Shown here: positions 32,601-47,500 of the stretch, one piece after another
Position numbering within the stretch: the stretch's first letter is position 1
Layout: every line of letters starts with the position of its first letter
The notes under the pieces: model-generated
What the model saw: only the letters and a program-made list of their open reading frames with translations
Databases searched by the model: none
What the model was told of the DNA's origin: nothing
NCBI RefSeq assembly: GCF_009914755.1
Contig: NC_060935.1
Length of the DNA: 64,000 bases
Origin: the human T2T-CHM13v2.0 reference genome, Homo sapiens
Strand: one strand, 5' to 3'
Program-made: the position numbers and the translations under genes

Positions 32601-35600
32601 TGATGAATGCACACATCACAAAGCGGGTTCTCTGATACCTTTCTTGTATTTTTTATCCTGGAATATTTGCTTTTTAGCCATTGGCCTCATTGAGCTCTCT
32701 AATATCCTTCCTCAGATTCTACAAAAAAGGAGTTTCCAAACTGTTGAATCCTAGGAAAGGTTTAAATCTGTTAGACGAATTCACACATCACAAAGCAGTG
32801 TGTCAGAAAGCTTCTTTCTAGTTTTTATGTGAATATATTTCCTTTTTCAACATAGGCCTCAAAGCTCCCCCAAATATCCTTTTGCTGATTCCACAAAAAA
32901 AGTGTTTCCAAACTACTGAATCCAAAGAAAGGTTTATCTCTGTGAGATGAATGCACACTTCCAAAGCTGTTTCTCAGATAGCTTCTTTCTAGTTTTCTTC
33001 TGAGGATATTTCCTTTTTCACCATACACCTCAATGCGCTCCCTAATATCCCTTTGCAGATTATACCAAAACAGTGTTTTCAAACTAGTGAATGGAAAGAA
33101 TGTTTTAACTCTGTGAGATGATTGAACACTTCACAAAGCTGTTTCTCAGATAGCTTTCTTGTATTTTTTAGCCTGGTATATTCACTTTTTCACCATTGGC
33201 CTAATGAACTACCTAATATCACTGCACAGACTCTACAAAAACAGTGTTTGCAAACTGCTGAATACAAAGAAAGGTGCAACTCTCTGAGACGAATGCACAC
33301 ATCACAAACCAGTGTTTCAGAAAGCTTCTTTCTAGTTTTTATCTGAAGATATATCCTTTTTCAACATTGACCTTAAAGCACTCTCCAATATCCCTTCGTA
33401 GCTTCTACAAAAACAGTGTTTCCAAACTGCTGAATGAAAAGGAAGGTTCATTGCTGTTCGATGAACTTAGACATCCCAAGTTGGCTCTCAGGTAGCTTCC
33501 TTATGGTTTTCATGCTGGGATAATCACTTTTTCCCTTATGATCTCAATTAGCTATCAAATATCCCTTCACAGATTCTACCAAAACAGTGTTTCCATACTG
33601 CAGAATGAAAAGAAAGCTTTAACTCTGGGAGATGAATGTAGACCTCACAAGGTGGTTTCTCAGATACCTTCCTTTTAGTTTTTGTTTCGGGATATTTGAC
33701 TTTTCCCTACACCCTCAATGAGTTATCAAGTATCCCTTCACAGATGCGACAAAAGCAGTGTTTCCAAATTACCGAATCCAAACAAATGTTTAAATTTCTC
33801 ATCTGAAGGTACACATCATGAAGCAGTTTCTCAGAAATCTTCTTTGTAGTTTTAATCTGAAGATATTTCTTTTTTCACCATAGGCCTCAATGTGATCCTA
33901 AATATCTCTTTGCAGAATCTACCAAAACAGTGTTTACAAGCTGCTGAATGGAAAGAAAGTTTTAACTCTGTGAGATGAAAGCAACCATCACAAAGTGGTT
34001 CATCAGAGAGCTTCCTTCTAGTTTTTATCATGGGATATTTGCTTCTTTGCCTATGGCCTCAATGAGCTCTCTAATATCCCTTCACAGATCCAACAAAAAC
34101 AGTGTTTCCAAACTGCTGAACACAAAACATTTTACCTCTCTGAGATGAATGCACACATCACAAAGCAGTTTCTCAGAATGCTTCTTTCTAGTTTATATCT
34201 GAAGATTTTTCTTTTTTCACTGTAGTCCTCAATGGACTCCCAAATATCCCTTTGCAGATCCTACCAAAACAATGTATCCAAACTGCTGAATGTAAAGAAA
34301 CTTTTAACACTGTGAAATAAGTGCACACATCACAAAGTGGCTTCTCAGATAGCTCTGTTTTAGTTTTCATCTTGGGATATTTGCTTTTTCACCGTTGGAA
34401 TAAAGAACTCCCAAAAATCCATTCACAGAATGGACAATAACAGTGTTTCCAGACTGCTGAATCCAAAGAAAGGTTTAACTCTGTGAGGTGAATGCACATG
34501 TCCCAAAGCAGTTTCTCAGAAATCTTCTTGCTAGTTTTCATCTAAAGATACTTCCTTTTTATCCCTAGCCTTCAATGGACTCCAAAATATCCCTTTGCAG
34601 ATTCTACAAAAACAGTTTTTCCAGCCTGCTGAATGAAAAGGAAGTTTAACCACTGTGAGATTAATGCACACACCAGAAGGCTGTTTCTCAGATAGCTTAT
34701 TCTTGTTTTTATCCTGGGATATTCAGTTTTTCCCCTATGGCCTCAATGAGCTCCCAAATATCCCCTTGCAGATTCTACAACAGTGTTTCCAAACTGCTGA
34801 ATCCACCAAAATATTTAACTCTGTAAGATAAATGGACACATTACAATGCAGTTTCTCAGAAAGCTTCTTCCTAGTTTTTATCTGAAGATATTTCTTTTTC
34901 CACCATGAGTTTCAATGCACTCCCAGATATCCCTTTGCAGATTCTGCAAAAACCGGGTTTCCACACTGCAGAATGAAAAGAAAGGTTTAACTTTCCAGAG
35001 GAATGCACACATCACAAAGCAGTTTCTCAGATAGGTTTCTTCAAGTTTTTATACTGGGATATTTGCTTTTTCGCATTTGGCCTCAATGAGCTGAAAAATT
35101 GTCCATTCACAGAAAGGACAAAAACAGTATTTCAAAATTGCTGAATCCAAACAAAGGTTTAACTTTATGAGGTGAATGCACACATGACAAAGCAGTTTCT
35201 CAGAAAGTTTCCTTCTAGTTTTTATCTGAAGTTATTTCTTTTTTCCCCATATGCCTCAAAGAGATCCCAAATATTGCTTCGTGGATTCTGCCAAGACAGT
35301 GTTTCCAGACAGTTGAATGAAAAGAGACAATTAACTCTGCAGGGTGAATGCACACATCACAAAGTGGTTTTCAGTTTCTCAGATATCTTTCTTCTAGTTT
35401 TAAATCTGGGATATTCTCTTTCACACCTTTGGCCTCAGTGAGCTCCCAAATGTCCATTCACAGAATGGACAAAAATAGTGTTTGCTAACTGCAGAATCCA
35501 CAGATACTTTTACCTCTCTGATTTCAATCCACACTTCAGAAAGCAGTTTCTCAGAAAGCTTCTTTCTAGATTTTATCTGAACATATGTCCTTTTTCACCA

Positions 35601-38600
35601 CAGGCCTCAGTGTGCTCCCAGGTATCTCTTTGCAGATTCTAGGAATAAAGTGTTTCCAAGCTGCTGAATGGAAAGAAACGTTTAATTCTGTGAGATGAAT
35701 AAACACATCACAAAGCTGTTTCTGAAATAGCTTCCTTTTACTTTTTGTCCTGATATAATTACCTTTTTGCCTTTGGCCTCATTAAGCTCCCAAATGTCCC
35801 TTTGCAGCTTCTACAACAGTGTTTCCATCTGCTTAATCCAAAGAAAGGTTTAACTCAGTGAGATGAATGCACACACCTCAAAGCAGTTTCTGAGAAAGCT
35901 TCTTTCTAGTTTATATCTGAAAATATTGCCTTTTTCACCATAGGATACTAGGTGCTCCCGAATAACCCTTCATGGATTCTGCCAAAACAGTGTTTCCAAA
36001 CAACATTAGAAAATCAAGGTTTATCTCTGTGAGGTGAATGCACACATCACAAAATGGTTTCTCAGATAGCTTCCTTCTAGTATTTATCCTGGGATATTCA
36101 CTTTTTCTCCATTGGCCTCAATGAGCTCCCAAATGTCCATTCGCAGAATGCACAGAAACAGTGTTTACAAATGGCTGAATCCACAGAAAGTTTTATTTCT
36201 GTAAGGGGAAAGCACATGTCACAAAGCAGTTTCTCAGAAACATTCTTTCTAGTTTTTTTCTCATGATATTTCCTTTTTCGCCATAAGCTTCAAAGCACTC
36301 CCAGATATTGCTTTGCAGATCCTACAAAAACAGTGTTTCCAAACTGCTGAATGAAAGGAAAGGTTTAAATATGCGAGATGAATGAACACATCACAAAGTA
36401 GTTTCTCAAATAGCTTCCTTCTAGTTTTTATCCTGGGATATTCACTTTTTTGCTATTGGCCTCAATGAGCTCACAAATACCCCTTTGCAGATTCTACAAC
36501 AACAGTGTTCCCAAACTGCAGTATCCAGAGAAATATTTAACTCGGTGAGAGGAATGTACACATCACAAAGCAGTTTCTCCGAAAGCTTCTTTCTAGTTTT
36601 TATCTGAAGATATTTCCTTTTTCACCACAGGCCTCAATGCACTCCCACATATCCCTTCACAGATTCTACAAAAACAGTGTTTCCAAACTGCTGAAAAACA
36701 GAAAGGTTTAACTCTGCAAGATGAATGCACACATCACAAAGCAGTTTCTCAAATAGCTTCCTTTTAGTTTTTCTTGGAATATTCACTTTTTTGCCATTGG
36801 CCTTAATGTGCTCCAAAATGTCCATTCACAGAATGGACAACAACAGTGTTTGCAAACTGCTCTATCCAAAGAAAAGTTTATCTCTGCAGGATGAATGCAC
36901 ACATCACAAAGTTGTTTCTCACAAAGCTTCTTTCAAGTTTTTGTCTGAAGATATTTCCTTTTTTATCATAGGCCTCTATGCGATCCTAAATTATCCCTTC
37001 ATGGATTCTACCAAAAGTGTGTTTCCAGACTGCTGAATGAAAGGAAAGGTTTATCTCTGTGAGGTTAATATACTCATCACAAAGTGGTTTCTCAGTTAGT
37101 TTCCTTCTAGTTTTTATCCTGGGATATTCACTTTTTCACCATTGGCCTCAATGAGCTCCCAAATGTCCATTCTCAGAATAGACAAAAACAGTGTTTGCAA
37201 ATGGCTGAATCCAAAGAAAGGTTTAATCCTTTGAGATAAATTAACACGTCACAAAATAGTTTCTCAGAAAGCTTCTATTTTTTATATGAAGATATTTCCT
37301 TTTTCACCATAGGCCACAATGTGCTGCCAAATATCCCTTCATAGATTCTATAAAAACTATGTTTAGAAACTGCCGAATGAAAATAAAGGTTTTGAATCTG
37401 CGAGTTGAATGAACACGTCAAAAAGCAGTTTCTCAGATAGCTTAATTCTAGTTTTTATCCTAGGATATTCACTTTTTTGCCATTGCCTCAATGACATCCC
37501 AAATGTCCATTTGCAGAATGGACAAAAACAGAGTTACCAAACTACCGAATACAAAGAAAGGTTTAACTCTGTGAGATGAGTGCACACATGCCAAACCAGT
37601 TTCTCAGTAAGCTTCTTTCTAGTTTTTATCTGAATGTATTTCCTTTTTCACCACTGGCCTTAATATGCTTCCAAATATCTCTTCACAGATTATAAGAAAA
37701 CAGTGTTTCCTAACTGCCAAATGAAAAGAAGATTTAACCCTGTGAGATGAATGCACACATCAAAAATCATTTTCTCAGATAACTTCCTTCTAGTTTTTAT
37801 CTTGGGATATTTGCTTTTTCACCATTGGCTGCAATAAGCTCCCAAATGTCCATTCTGCAAAAACAGTGTTTCTAAACTGCTGAATTCAAAGAAAGGTTTA
37901 ACTCTGTGAGATTAATGAACATACCACAAAGCAGTTTCTCAGAAAGCTTCTTTCTAGTTTTTATCTGAAGATAATTCCTTTTTCACTGTAGGCCCAAATG
38001 CGCTGCCAAATATCCTTTTGCTGATTCTACAAAAACAATGTTTCCAAACTGCTGAATGAAAAAAAAGGTTTAATTCTCCTGGATGAATGCACACATCACA
38101 AAGCAGTTTCTCAGAGAGCTTCCTTCTAGTTTTTATCCTGGGATATTTGCTTTTTCGCCTTTGACCTCAATAAGCTCCCAAATGTCTTGTTGCATAATCC
38201 ACAAAAACAGTGTTACAAAACTGCTGAGTCAAAAGAAAGTTTTAACTCTGTGAGATGAATCCACACATCCCAAACCAGTTTCTCATTAAGCTTCTTTCTA
38301 GTTTTCACCTGAAGATATTTTCTTCTTCACCATTGACCTCCATACTCTTCCAAATATCTCTTTGCAGATCCTAAGAAAACCGTGTTTCCAAACTGCTGAA
38401 TGAAGAGAAAGTTTTACCTCTGTGAGACGAATGCACACATCACAAATTGGTCTCTCAGATAACTTTCTTCTAGTTTTTAACCAGGGATATTCGCTTTTTC
38501 TCCATTGGCATAAATGAGCTCCCCAAATGTTCATTCGCAGAATGAACAAAAACAGTAATTCCATACTGTTCAATGAAATAAAGTTTTAGCTCTCTGAGAC

Positions 38601-41291
38601 AAGTGAACACATCACAGGGCAGTTTCTAAGAAAGCTTCTTTCTAGTTTTTATCTGAAAATATTTCCTTTTTCACCATAGGCCTCAATGCACTGCCAAATA
38701 TCCTTTCGCATAGTCTACAAAAACAGTGTTTCTATACTGCTGAATGAATAGAAATATTTAACCCTGAGCGATGAATGCACACATCACAAAGAAGATTCTC
38801 AGATAGCTTCCTTCTGGTTTTTATCTTGGGATATTCCCTTTTTTGCCATTGGCCTCAGTGAGCTCCCAAATGTCCATTCTCAGAATGGACAAAAACAGTG
38901 TTACCAAACTTCTGAATTGAAAGAAGACTTTAACTCTCTGAGATGAATGCACACATCCTAAAACCAATTTCTTATTAAGCTTCTTTCCAATTTTTATCTG
39001 AAGCAATTTCCTTTTTCACCATAAGACTCAATATGCTACCAAATACCTCCTTGCAGATTCTAAGAAAACAGTGTTTCCAAACTGCTGAATGAAAAAAAAG
39101 ATTTAAACCTGTTAGATGTATGCACACATCACAAATCAGTTTCTCAGATAACTTCCTTCTAGTTTTTATCCTGGGATATTCTGTTTTTCACCATTGGCCT
39201 CAATGAGCTCCCAAATGTCCATTCTGCAAAAACAGTGTTGCCAACCCCTGAATTCAAAGAAAGGTTTTACTCTGTGAGATGAATGAACACATCACAAAGC
39301 AGTTTTTTGGAAAGCTTCTTTCTAGTTTTTATCTGAAGATATTTCCTTTTTCACCATAGGCCTCAATGTACTTCCAAGTGTCCTTTTGCAGATTCTACAA
39401 AAACAGTGTTCCCAAACTGCTGAATGAAAAGGAAGATTTATCTCTGCTAGATAAATGCACACATCACAAAGCAGCTTCTCAGAGAGCTTCCTTATAGTTT
39501 TTATTGTGGGATATTTTCTTTTTGGCCTTTGGCCTCAATGAGCTCCCAAATGTCCATTCGCAGAATGGGCAAAAACAGTATTATGAAACTGCCGAATCAA
39601 AAGAAAAGTTTAAGTCTGTGAGATGAATGCAGACATCCCAAACTAGTTTCTCATTAAGCTTCTTTCTAGTTTTGATCTGAAGATATTTCCTCTTTCACCA
39701 CAGGACTCAATGCACTAGCAAATAGCTCTTTGCAGATTCCAAGAAATCAGTGTTTCCAAGCTGCTGAATGAAAAAAAAAAAAAGATGTAAGTCTGTGAGG
39801 TGAAAGCGCACATCAAAAATCAGTTTCTCAGATAACTACTTTCTCATTTTTATCCAGGATTATCACTCTTTTGCCATTGGCCTCAATGAGTTCCCAAATG
39901 TCCATTCCCAGAATGGGCAAAAAAAGTGTTTGCAAAATCCTGAATCCAAAGAAAGGTTTATCTCTGTGAGATGAATGAATACATCACAAAGCAGTTTCTC
40001 ATTAAGGTTCTTTCTAGATTTATCTTAAGATATTTCCTTTTTCACCATAGGCCTCAATGTGCTGCAAAATATCCCTTTGCCGATCCTACAAAAGCAGTAT
40101 TTCCAAACTGCTGAATGAGAAGAAAAGTTTAACTCTTCGAGTTGATTGCACACATCACAAAGCGGTTTCTCACATAGCTTCCCATTCTCGTTTTTATCCT
40201 GGGATATTTGCTTTATCGATATTGACATCAATGAGCTTCAAAGTGTCCATTCACAGAATGCATGAAAACAGTGTAATCAAACTTCTGAATCCAAAGAAAT
40301 GTTTAACTCTCTGTGATGAATGCACACATCCTTAGCCACTTTCTCATTAAGCTGCTTTCCAGTTTTTATCTGAAGATATTTCCTTTTTCACCATTGGCCT
40401 CCATACTCTACCAAGTATCTCTTCGCAGTTTCTAAGAAAACAGCTTTTCCAAAGTGCTGAATGAAAAGAAATGTTTAACTCTCTGAGATGAATGGACACA
40501 TCACAAATCGGTTTCTCAGATAACTCTCTTCTAGTTTTTACCCTGGGATATTCGCTTTTTTGCATTGGCCTCAATGAGCTCCCAAATGTCAATTCTGTGA
40601 AAACAGTATTTCCAAACTCCTGAATCCAAAGAAAGATTTAACTCTGTGAGTTGAATGAACACATCACAAAGCATTTTCTGAGAAAGCTTCTTTCTAGTTT
40701 TTATCTGAAGATACTTCCTTTTTCACCATAGGCCTCAGAGGGTTACCAAATATCCCTTTGCAGATTCTTCAAAACAGTGTTTCTTAACTGCTGAAGGAAA
40801 AGAAAGGTTTTGACTCTGTGAGATGAATGCACAAATCACAAATTGGTTTCTCAGATAGATTCCTTATAGTTTTTATCCTGGGATATTAGCTTTTTCTCCA
40901 ATGGCCTCAATGAGCTCCCAAATATCCACTCTGCAAAAACAGTTTTTCCAAACTGCTGAATCCAAAGAAACGTTTAACCCTGTGAGATGAATGCACACAT
41001 CACAAATCAGTTTCTCATACAACTTCCTTCCAGTTTTCATCCTGGGATATTCCCTTTTTCACCATTGGCCTCAATGAGCTCCCAAAAGTCCATTCACAGA
41101 ATGGACAAAAACAGTGTTACCAAACTGCTGAATCTTAAGAAAGGTTTCAGTCTTTGGGAGGAATGCATACATCACAAATCAGTTTCTCATTAACCTTCTT
41201 TCTAGTTTTTATCTGAAGATATTTCCTATTCAGCTTAGCCCTCAATGCACTAACAAATATCTTTTCACAGATTCTAAGAAAATAGTGTTTC

Positions 41292-41501
41292 CAGGAAGGG
41301 GAACAACACACTCCGGGGACTGTTGTGGGGTGGGGGGAAGGGGGAGGGATAGCATTAGGAGATATACCTAATGTTAAATGACGAGTTAATGGATTCAGCA
41401 TGCCAACATGTCACATGTATACATATGTAACAAACCTGCACATTGTGTACATTTACCCAAAAACTTAAAGTATAATAATAATAAAACAAACAAACAAAAA
41501 A
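41292..41501 (+). mobile_element. Short 5'-truncated L1PA4-like LINE-1 3' end (~210 bp) with an 18-bp TSD
   Basis: CAGGAAGGGGAAC...TGTTGTGGGGTGGGGGGAAGGGGGAGGGATAGCATTAGGAG...AAACTTAAAGTATAATAATAATAAAACAAAC. TSD AAGAAA(A/G)TAGTGTTTCCA at 41276-41293 and 41502-41519 (17/18). CA microhomology at the 5' junction. Confidence 0.96.
41327..41349 (+). other. G-rich tract of the L1 3'UTR with G-quadruplex potential
   Basis: GGGG-T-GGGGGG-AA-GGGGG-A-GGG: four runs of at least 3 G with short loops. Confidence 0.7.
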
Positions 41502-44500
41502 AAGAAAGTAGTGTTTCCAAACTGCTGAATGAAAAGAAATGTTTAACTCTGCGAGATGAATGCACTCATCACAAAGTGGTTTGTCACAGACTTCCTGGTA
41601 GTTTTCATCCTGGGATATTCGTTTTTTCACGATTGGCCTCAATGAGCTCACAAATATCCATTTGCAGAATCGATAAAAACAGTTATACCAAACTGCTTAA
41701 TTAAAAGGAATGTTTAACTCCTGAGTTGAATGAACACATCGCAAAGCAGTTTGTCAGAAAGCTTCTTTCTAGTTTTTATCTGAAGATATTCCCTTTTTCA
41801 CCTTAGACCTTAATGTGCTGCCATATATCCCTTTTCAGATTGTGCAAAAATAGTTTTTGCAAACTACTGAATATAAAGAATCATTTAATCTGTGAGATGA
41901 ATGCCTATATCACCAAGCAGTTTCTCACAGAGCTTTCTTCTAGTTTTAATCCTGGGATATTAACTTTTTTGCCATTGGCCTCAATGACCTCCCAAATGTC
42001 CATTCAAAGATTGAACAAAAACAGTGTGACCAAACTGCTGAATACAAAGAAAGGTTTAACCCTCTGAGATGAATGCATACATCCAAAACCAGTTTCTCAT
42101 ATGTATTTTTTCTAATTTTTAACTAAAGATGTTTCATTTTTCAACCATAGGCACCCATACACTTCTAAATGTCTCTTCACAGATTGTAAGAAAACAGTGT
42201 TTCCAAACTGTGAATCAAAAGAAAGTTTTAACTATGTGAGATGAATGCACACATCACAAATTGGTTTCTCAGACAACATCTTTCTAGTTTTTAACCTGGG
42301 ATATTCACTATTTTGCCATTGGCCTCAATGAACTCCCAAATGTCCATTCCCAGAATGGACAAAACCAGTGTTTCCAAACTGCTGAATCCAAAGAAGGTTT
42401 AACTCTGTAAGATGAAAGCATGCAACCCAAACGAGTTTCTCATTAAGATTATTTCCAATTTTTTTCTGAGGATATTTCCTTTTTCACCATAGGCTACAAT
42501 GTAGTACAAAATATCTCTTCTCAGATTCTTAGAAATCAGTGTTTTCAAACTGTGGAATGAAAAGAAAAGTTTAACTCTGTGAGATGAATGCGCACATCAC
42601 AAAGCTGTTTCTCAGATAGATTCCTTGTAGTTTTTATCTTGGGATATTTGCTTTTTTGCCATTGACCTCAATGAGCTCCCAAAAAACCATTTGCAGAATG
42701 GACAAAAAAATTGTTACCAAAAGGCTGAATCCAAAGAAATGTTTAATTCTGAGAGATGAATGCACACATCTTAAAGCAGTTTTCATTAAGCTTATTTCTA
42801 GTTTTTAATCTGAAAGAATTTCGTTTTTCAACATAGGACTCAATGGGCTATCAAATATCTCTTTGCACATTCTAAGAAAACAGTTTTTCCAAACTGTTGA
42901 AAGCAAAGAAAGTTTTAACCCTGTGAGATGAATGCACACATCACAAACTGGTTTCTCAGATAACTGCTTTTTAGTTTTTATCCTAGGATAATTGCTTTTT
43001 CACCATTGGCCTCAATGAGCTATCAAATGTCCATTCCCAGAATGGACAAAAACAGTGTTTCCAAACTGCTGAATCCAAAGAAAGTTTCATCACTATGAGA
43101 TGAATGTATACATCACAAATCAATTTCTTAGATAAATTTCTTCCAGTTTTTATCCTGGGATATTCTCTTTTTCAACATTGGCCTCAATTAGCTCCCAAAT
43201 GTCCATTCACAGAATGGACAAAAACAGTGTTTCCAAACTGCTGAATTCAAAGAAAAGTATAACTCTGTGAGATGAAAGAATACATCACAAAGCAGTTTCT
43301 CAGAAAGCTACTTTCTAGTTTTTATGTGAAGTTATTTCCTTTTTCACTGTAGATCTCAACACGCATCCAGATATCTTTCACAGTTTCCAAACTACTGAAT
43401 GAAAAGACAAGTTTAATTCTGCTGGATTAATGCACACATCAAAAAGGGGATTCTCAGATTGCTTCCTTCTATTTTTAATCCTGGAATGTTTACTTTTTTG
43501 CCATTGGCCTCATTGAGCTCCCAAATGTCCATTCACAGAATGGACAAAAACACTGTTACCAAACTGCTGAATCTAAATAAAGCTTTAAGTCTGTGAGATA
43601 AATGCCCACAACTCAAACGAGTTTCTCATTATGCTTCTTTCTAGTTTTTATCTGAAGATATTTCCTTTTTCACCATAGGCCTCAATGTGCTACAAAATAT
43701 CTCTTCACAGATTCTAAGAAATCAGTGATTCCAAACTGCTGAATGAAAAGAAAGGTTTAATTCTGTGAGATGAATGCACACATCATGAATCGGTGCTCAG
43801 GTAACTTGCTTCTAGTTTTTATCCTGGGATATTCACTTTTTTGCCATTGGCCTCAATGAGCTCCCAAATGTCCATTCACAGAATAGACAAAAACAGTGTT
43901 TCCAAGCTGCTGAATCCAAAGAAGGTTTAACTCTGTGAGATGAAATAACACAACCCAAATGAGTTTCTCATTAAGCTTCTTTCTAGTTTTTATCTGAGGA
44001 TATTTCCTTTTTCACCACAGGCCACAATGTGGTAGAAAATATCTCTTCTCAGATCCTTAGAAATCAATGTTTTCAAACTGCTGAATGAAAAGAAAGGTTT
44101 AACTCTGTGAGATGAATGCACACATCATGAATTGGTTTCTCAGACCACTTCCTTCTAGTTTTCATCCCGGGATATTCGCTTTTTTGCCATTGCCCTCAAT
44201 GAAGTTCCAAATATGCATTCCAAGAATGGATAAAAACAGTGTTTCCAAACAGTGAATGAAAAGAACGGTTTGACTCTGTGAGATGAATGCACACAACACA
44301 AAGCAGTTTCTCAGAAAGCTTCTTTCTAGTTTTTCTCTGAAGATATTTCCATTTTCACCATAGGCCTCAATGCGCTGCCAAGTATCCCTTTGCAGATTCT
44401 ACAAAAACAGCGTTTCCAATCTGCTGAATGAACAGATACATTTAACTTTGTGAAATGAATGCACACATCACAAAGCACTTTCTCAGAGAGCATCCTTCTA

Positions 44501-47500
44501 ATTTTTATAATCGGATATTTGCTTTTTCACCATTGGCCTCAAATACCTTCAAAACCTCCATTCACAGAATGGACAAAAGCAGGGTTACCAAACTGCTGAA
44601 TCCAAAGAAAGGTTTAACTCTGTGAGATGAATGCATGCAATGCAAATGAGTTCCTCATTAAGCTTCTTTCTAGTTTTTATCTGAAGACATTTCCTTTTTC
44701 AACATAGGCCTCAATGGACTACCAAATATCTCTTTGAGGATTCTAACAAATGAGTGTTTCCAAACTGCTGAATGAAAAGAAAGCTTAAACTCTGTATGAT
44801 GAGTGCACACATCATCAATCAGTTTCTCAGATAACTTGCTTCTAGTTTTTATCCTGGTATATTTGCTTTTTTGCCACTGGCCTCAATGCGTTCCCAAATG
44901 CCCATTCCAAGAATGGACAAAAACAGTGTTTCCAAACTACTGAATCCATAGAAAGTTTTAGCTCTGTGAGATGAATGAACACTTCACAAGGCAGTGTCTC
45001 AGAAAGCTTCTTTCTAGTTTTTCATTGAAGTTATTTCCTTTTTCACCATAGGCCCCCATACTCTTCCAACTATCTCTTTGCACATTCTAAGAAAATAGTT
45101 TTTCAAAACTGCTGAATTAAAAGAAAGTTTTAACTCTGTGAGAAAAATACACCCATGAAAAGTAGGTTTCCCAGATAACTTCCCTCTAGGTTTTATCCTG
45201 GAATAATTGCCTTTTCATCATTGGCCTCAATGAGCTCCAAAATGTCCATTTGCAGAATGCACAACAACATTGTTTCCAAACTGCTGAATCCAAAGCAAGG
45301 TTTAACTCTGTGAGATGAATGAACACATCACAAAGAGGTTTCTCAGAAAACTTCTTTCTAGTTGTTTTCTGAAGGTATTTACTTTTTCACCATAGGCCTC
45401 AATGGGCTGCCAAATATCCTTTCACAGTTTCTACAAAAACAGTGTTTCCAAAGTGCTGAATGGAAAGAAAGGTTTAACTCTGCTAGATGAATACACACAT
45501 CACAAACGTGTTTCTCAGATAGCTTCCTTCTAGTCTTTATCCTGGGATATTCACTTTTTTGCCATTGGCATCAATGAGCTCTCAAACGTCCATTCACAGA
45601 ATGGACAAAAACAGTTACCAAACTGCTGAATCCAATCAAAGGTTGCAGTCTGTGAGATGAGTACACACAATCCAAGTGAGTTTCTCATAAATATTCTTTC
45701 TAGTTTTTATCTGAAGATATTTCCTTTTTCAACATAAGTCTCAATTTGCTACCAAGTATCCCATCTCAGATTCGAAGAAATCAGTGTTTCTGAACTGCTG
45801 AATGAAAAGAAATGTTTAAAACTGAGAAGAATGCACACCACTCAAATCAGTTCTCAGATAATGTCCTTCTAGTTTTTAATCCAGGTATGTTCACTTTTTT
45901 GCCATTGGCCTCTAAGAGTTCCCTAATGTCCATTCCCAGAATGGACAAAAACCGTGTTTACAAACTCCTGAATCCAAAGAAAGCATAACTCTGTGAGATA
46001 AATATCCATGTCACAAAGCAGTTTCTGAGAATGTCTATTTCCAGTTTTTTCCTGAAGGTATTTCCTTTTTCAACAAAGGCCTCAATGAGCTGCCAAATAT
46101 CCCTGCACAGATTCTACAAAAACAGTGTTTTCAAAATATTGAATGAAAAGAAACGTTTAATTCTGTGAGATGAATGCACACATCACAAAGCAGTTTCTCA
46201 GATAGCTTCCTTCTAGTTTTTATGCTGGGAAATTCACTTTCTTGCCATTGACCTCAATGAGCTCCTAAATGTCCATTCACAGAATGGACAAAGACAGTGT
46301 TACCAAACCGCTGAACCCAAAGTAAGTTTTAACTCTCTGAGATGAATGCACACATCCCAAACCACTTGCCCCTTAAGCATCTCTGTAGTGGTTACTGGAT
46401 GACATTTTGTTTTTCACCATAGGCCTCCTTACCCTTCCAAATATCTCATTGTAGATTCTAAGAAAACGGTGCTTCCAAACTGACGAATGAAAGGAAAGTT
46501 TTAACTCTGTGAGATGAATGCACACATCACAAATCGGATTCTCAGATAACTTCCTCTAGGTTTTGTCCAGGGATATTCACTTTTTCGCCATTGACATCAA
46601 TGAGCTCCAAAACGTCCATTCACAGAATGGAAAAAAACGATGTTATCAACCTGCTGAATCCAAACAAAGTTTTAACTCTGTGAGATGAATGAACACATCA
46701 AAATTCAGTTTCTCAGACCACTTCTTTCTAGTTTTTATCTGAATATATTTCCTTTTTCACCTTAGGCCTCAATGCACTGCCAAATATCCGTTTGTAGATA
46801 CTACACAAACTGTGTTTCCAAACTGCTGAATGAAAAGAAAGTTCTAAGCCTGTGAGATGAATGCACACATCAGAAAGCAGTTTCTTAGATTGCTTCCTTT
46901 TAATGTTTATCCTGGTATATTCTCTTTTTCACCATGAGCCCCAATGATTTCCCAAATGTCCATTCCAAGAATGGACAAAAACAGTGTTTTCATATTCCTG
47001 AATCCAAAGAAAGATTTAACTCTGTGAGATGAATTAACATATCACTAAGTAGTTTCTCAGACAGCTTCTTACTAGTTTTTATCTGAACATATTGCTTTTT
47101 CACCCTAGGCCTCAATGGACTGCCAAACATCCTTTTGCAGTTTCTACAAAAACAGTGTTTCTAAACTGCTGAATGAAAGGAAAGGTTTAACTCTGCTAGA
47201 TTAATGCACACATCATAAAGGGGTTTTTCAGAAAGGTTCCTTCTAGTTTTAATCCTGGGATATTCTCTTTTTCACCACTGGCTTCAATGAGCTCCCAAAT
47301 GTCCATTTACAGAATGGACAAAAACAGTGTTACCAAACTGCTGAATCCAAACAAAGTTTGAAGTCTGTGAGACGAATGCACACAACACAAAAGAGTTTCT
47401 CATAATGCTTCTTTCTAGTTTTCATTTGAAGTTATTTCCTTTTTCACCCTAAGTCTTAATGCACTACCAAATATCTCTTCAAAGCTTTGAAGAAATCAGT

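Noticed and set aside
39770-39783. A13 run as a poly(A)-only retro-insertion
   Set aside because: It is an expansion of the consensus GAAAAGAAA tract with no TSD.
44160-44185. CpG-containing CCCGGGATATTCGC as a possible CENP-B box
   Set aside because: It does not fit TTCGnnnnAnnCGGG on either strand.
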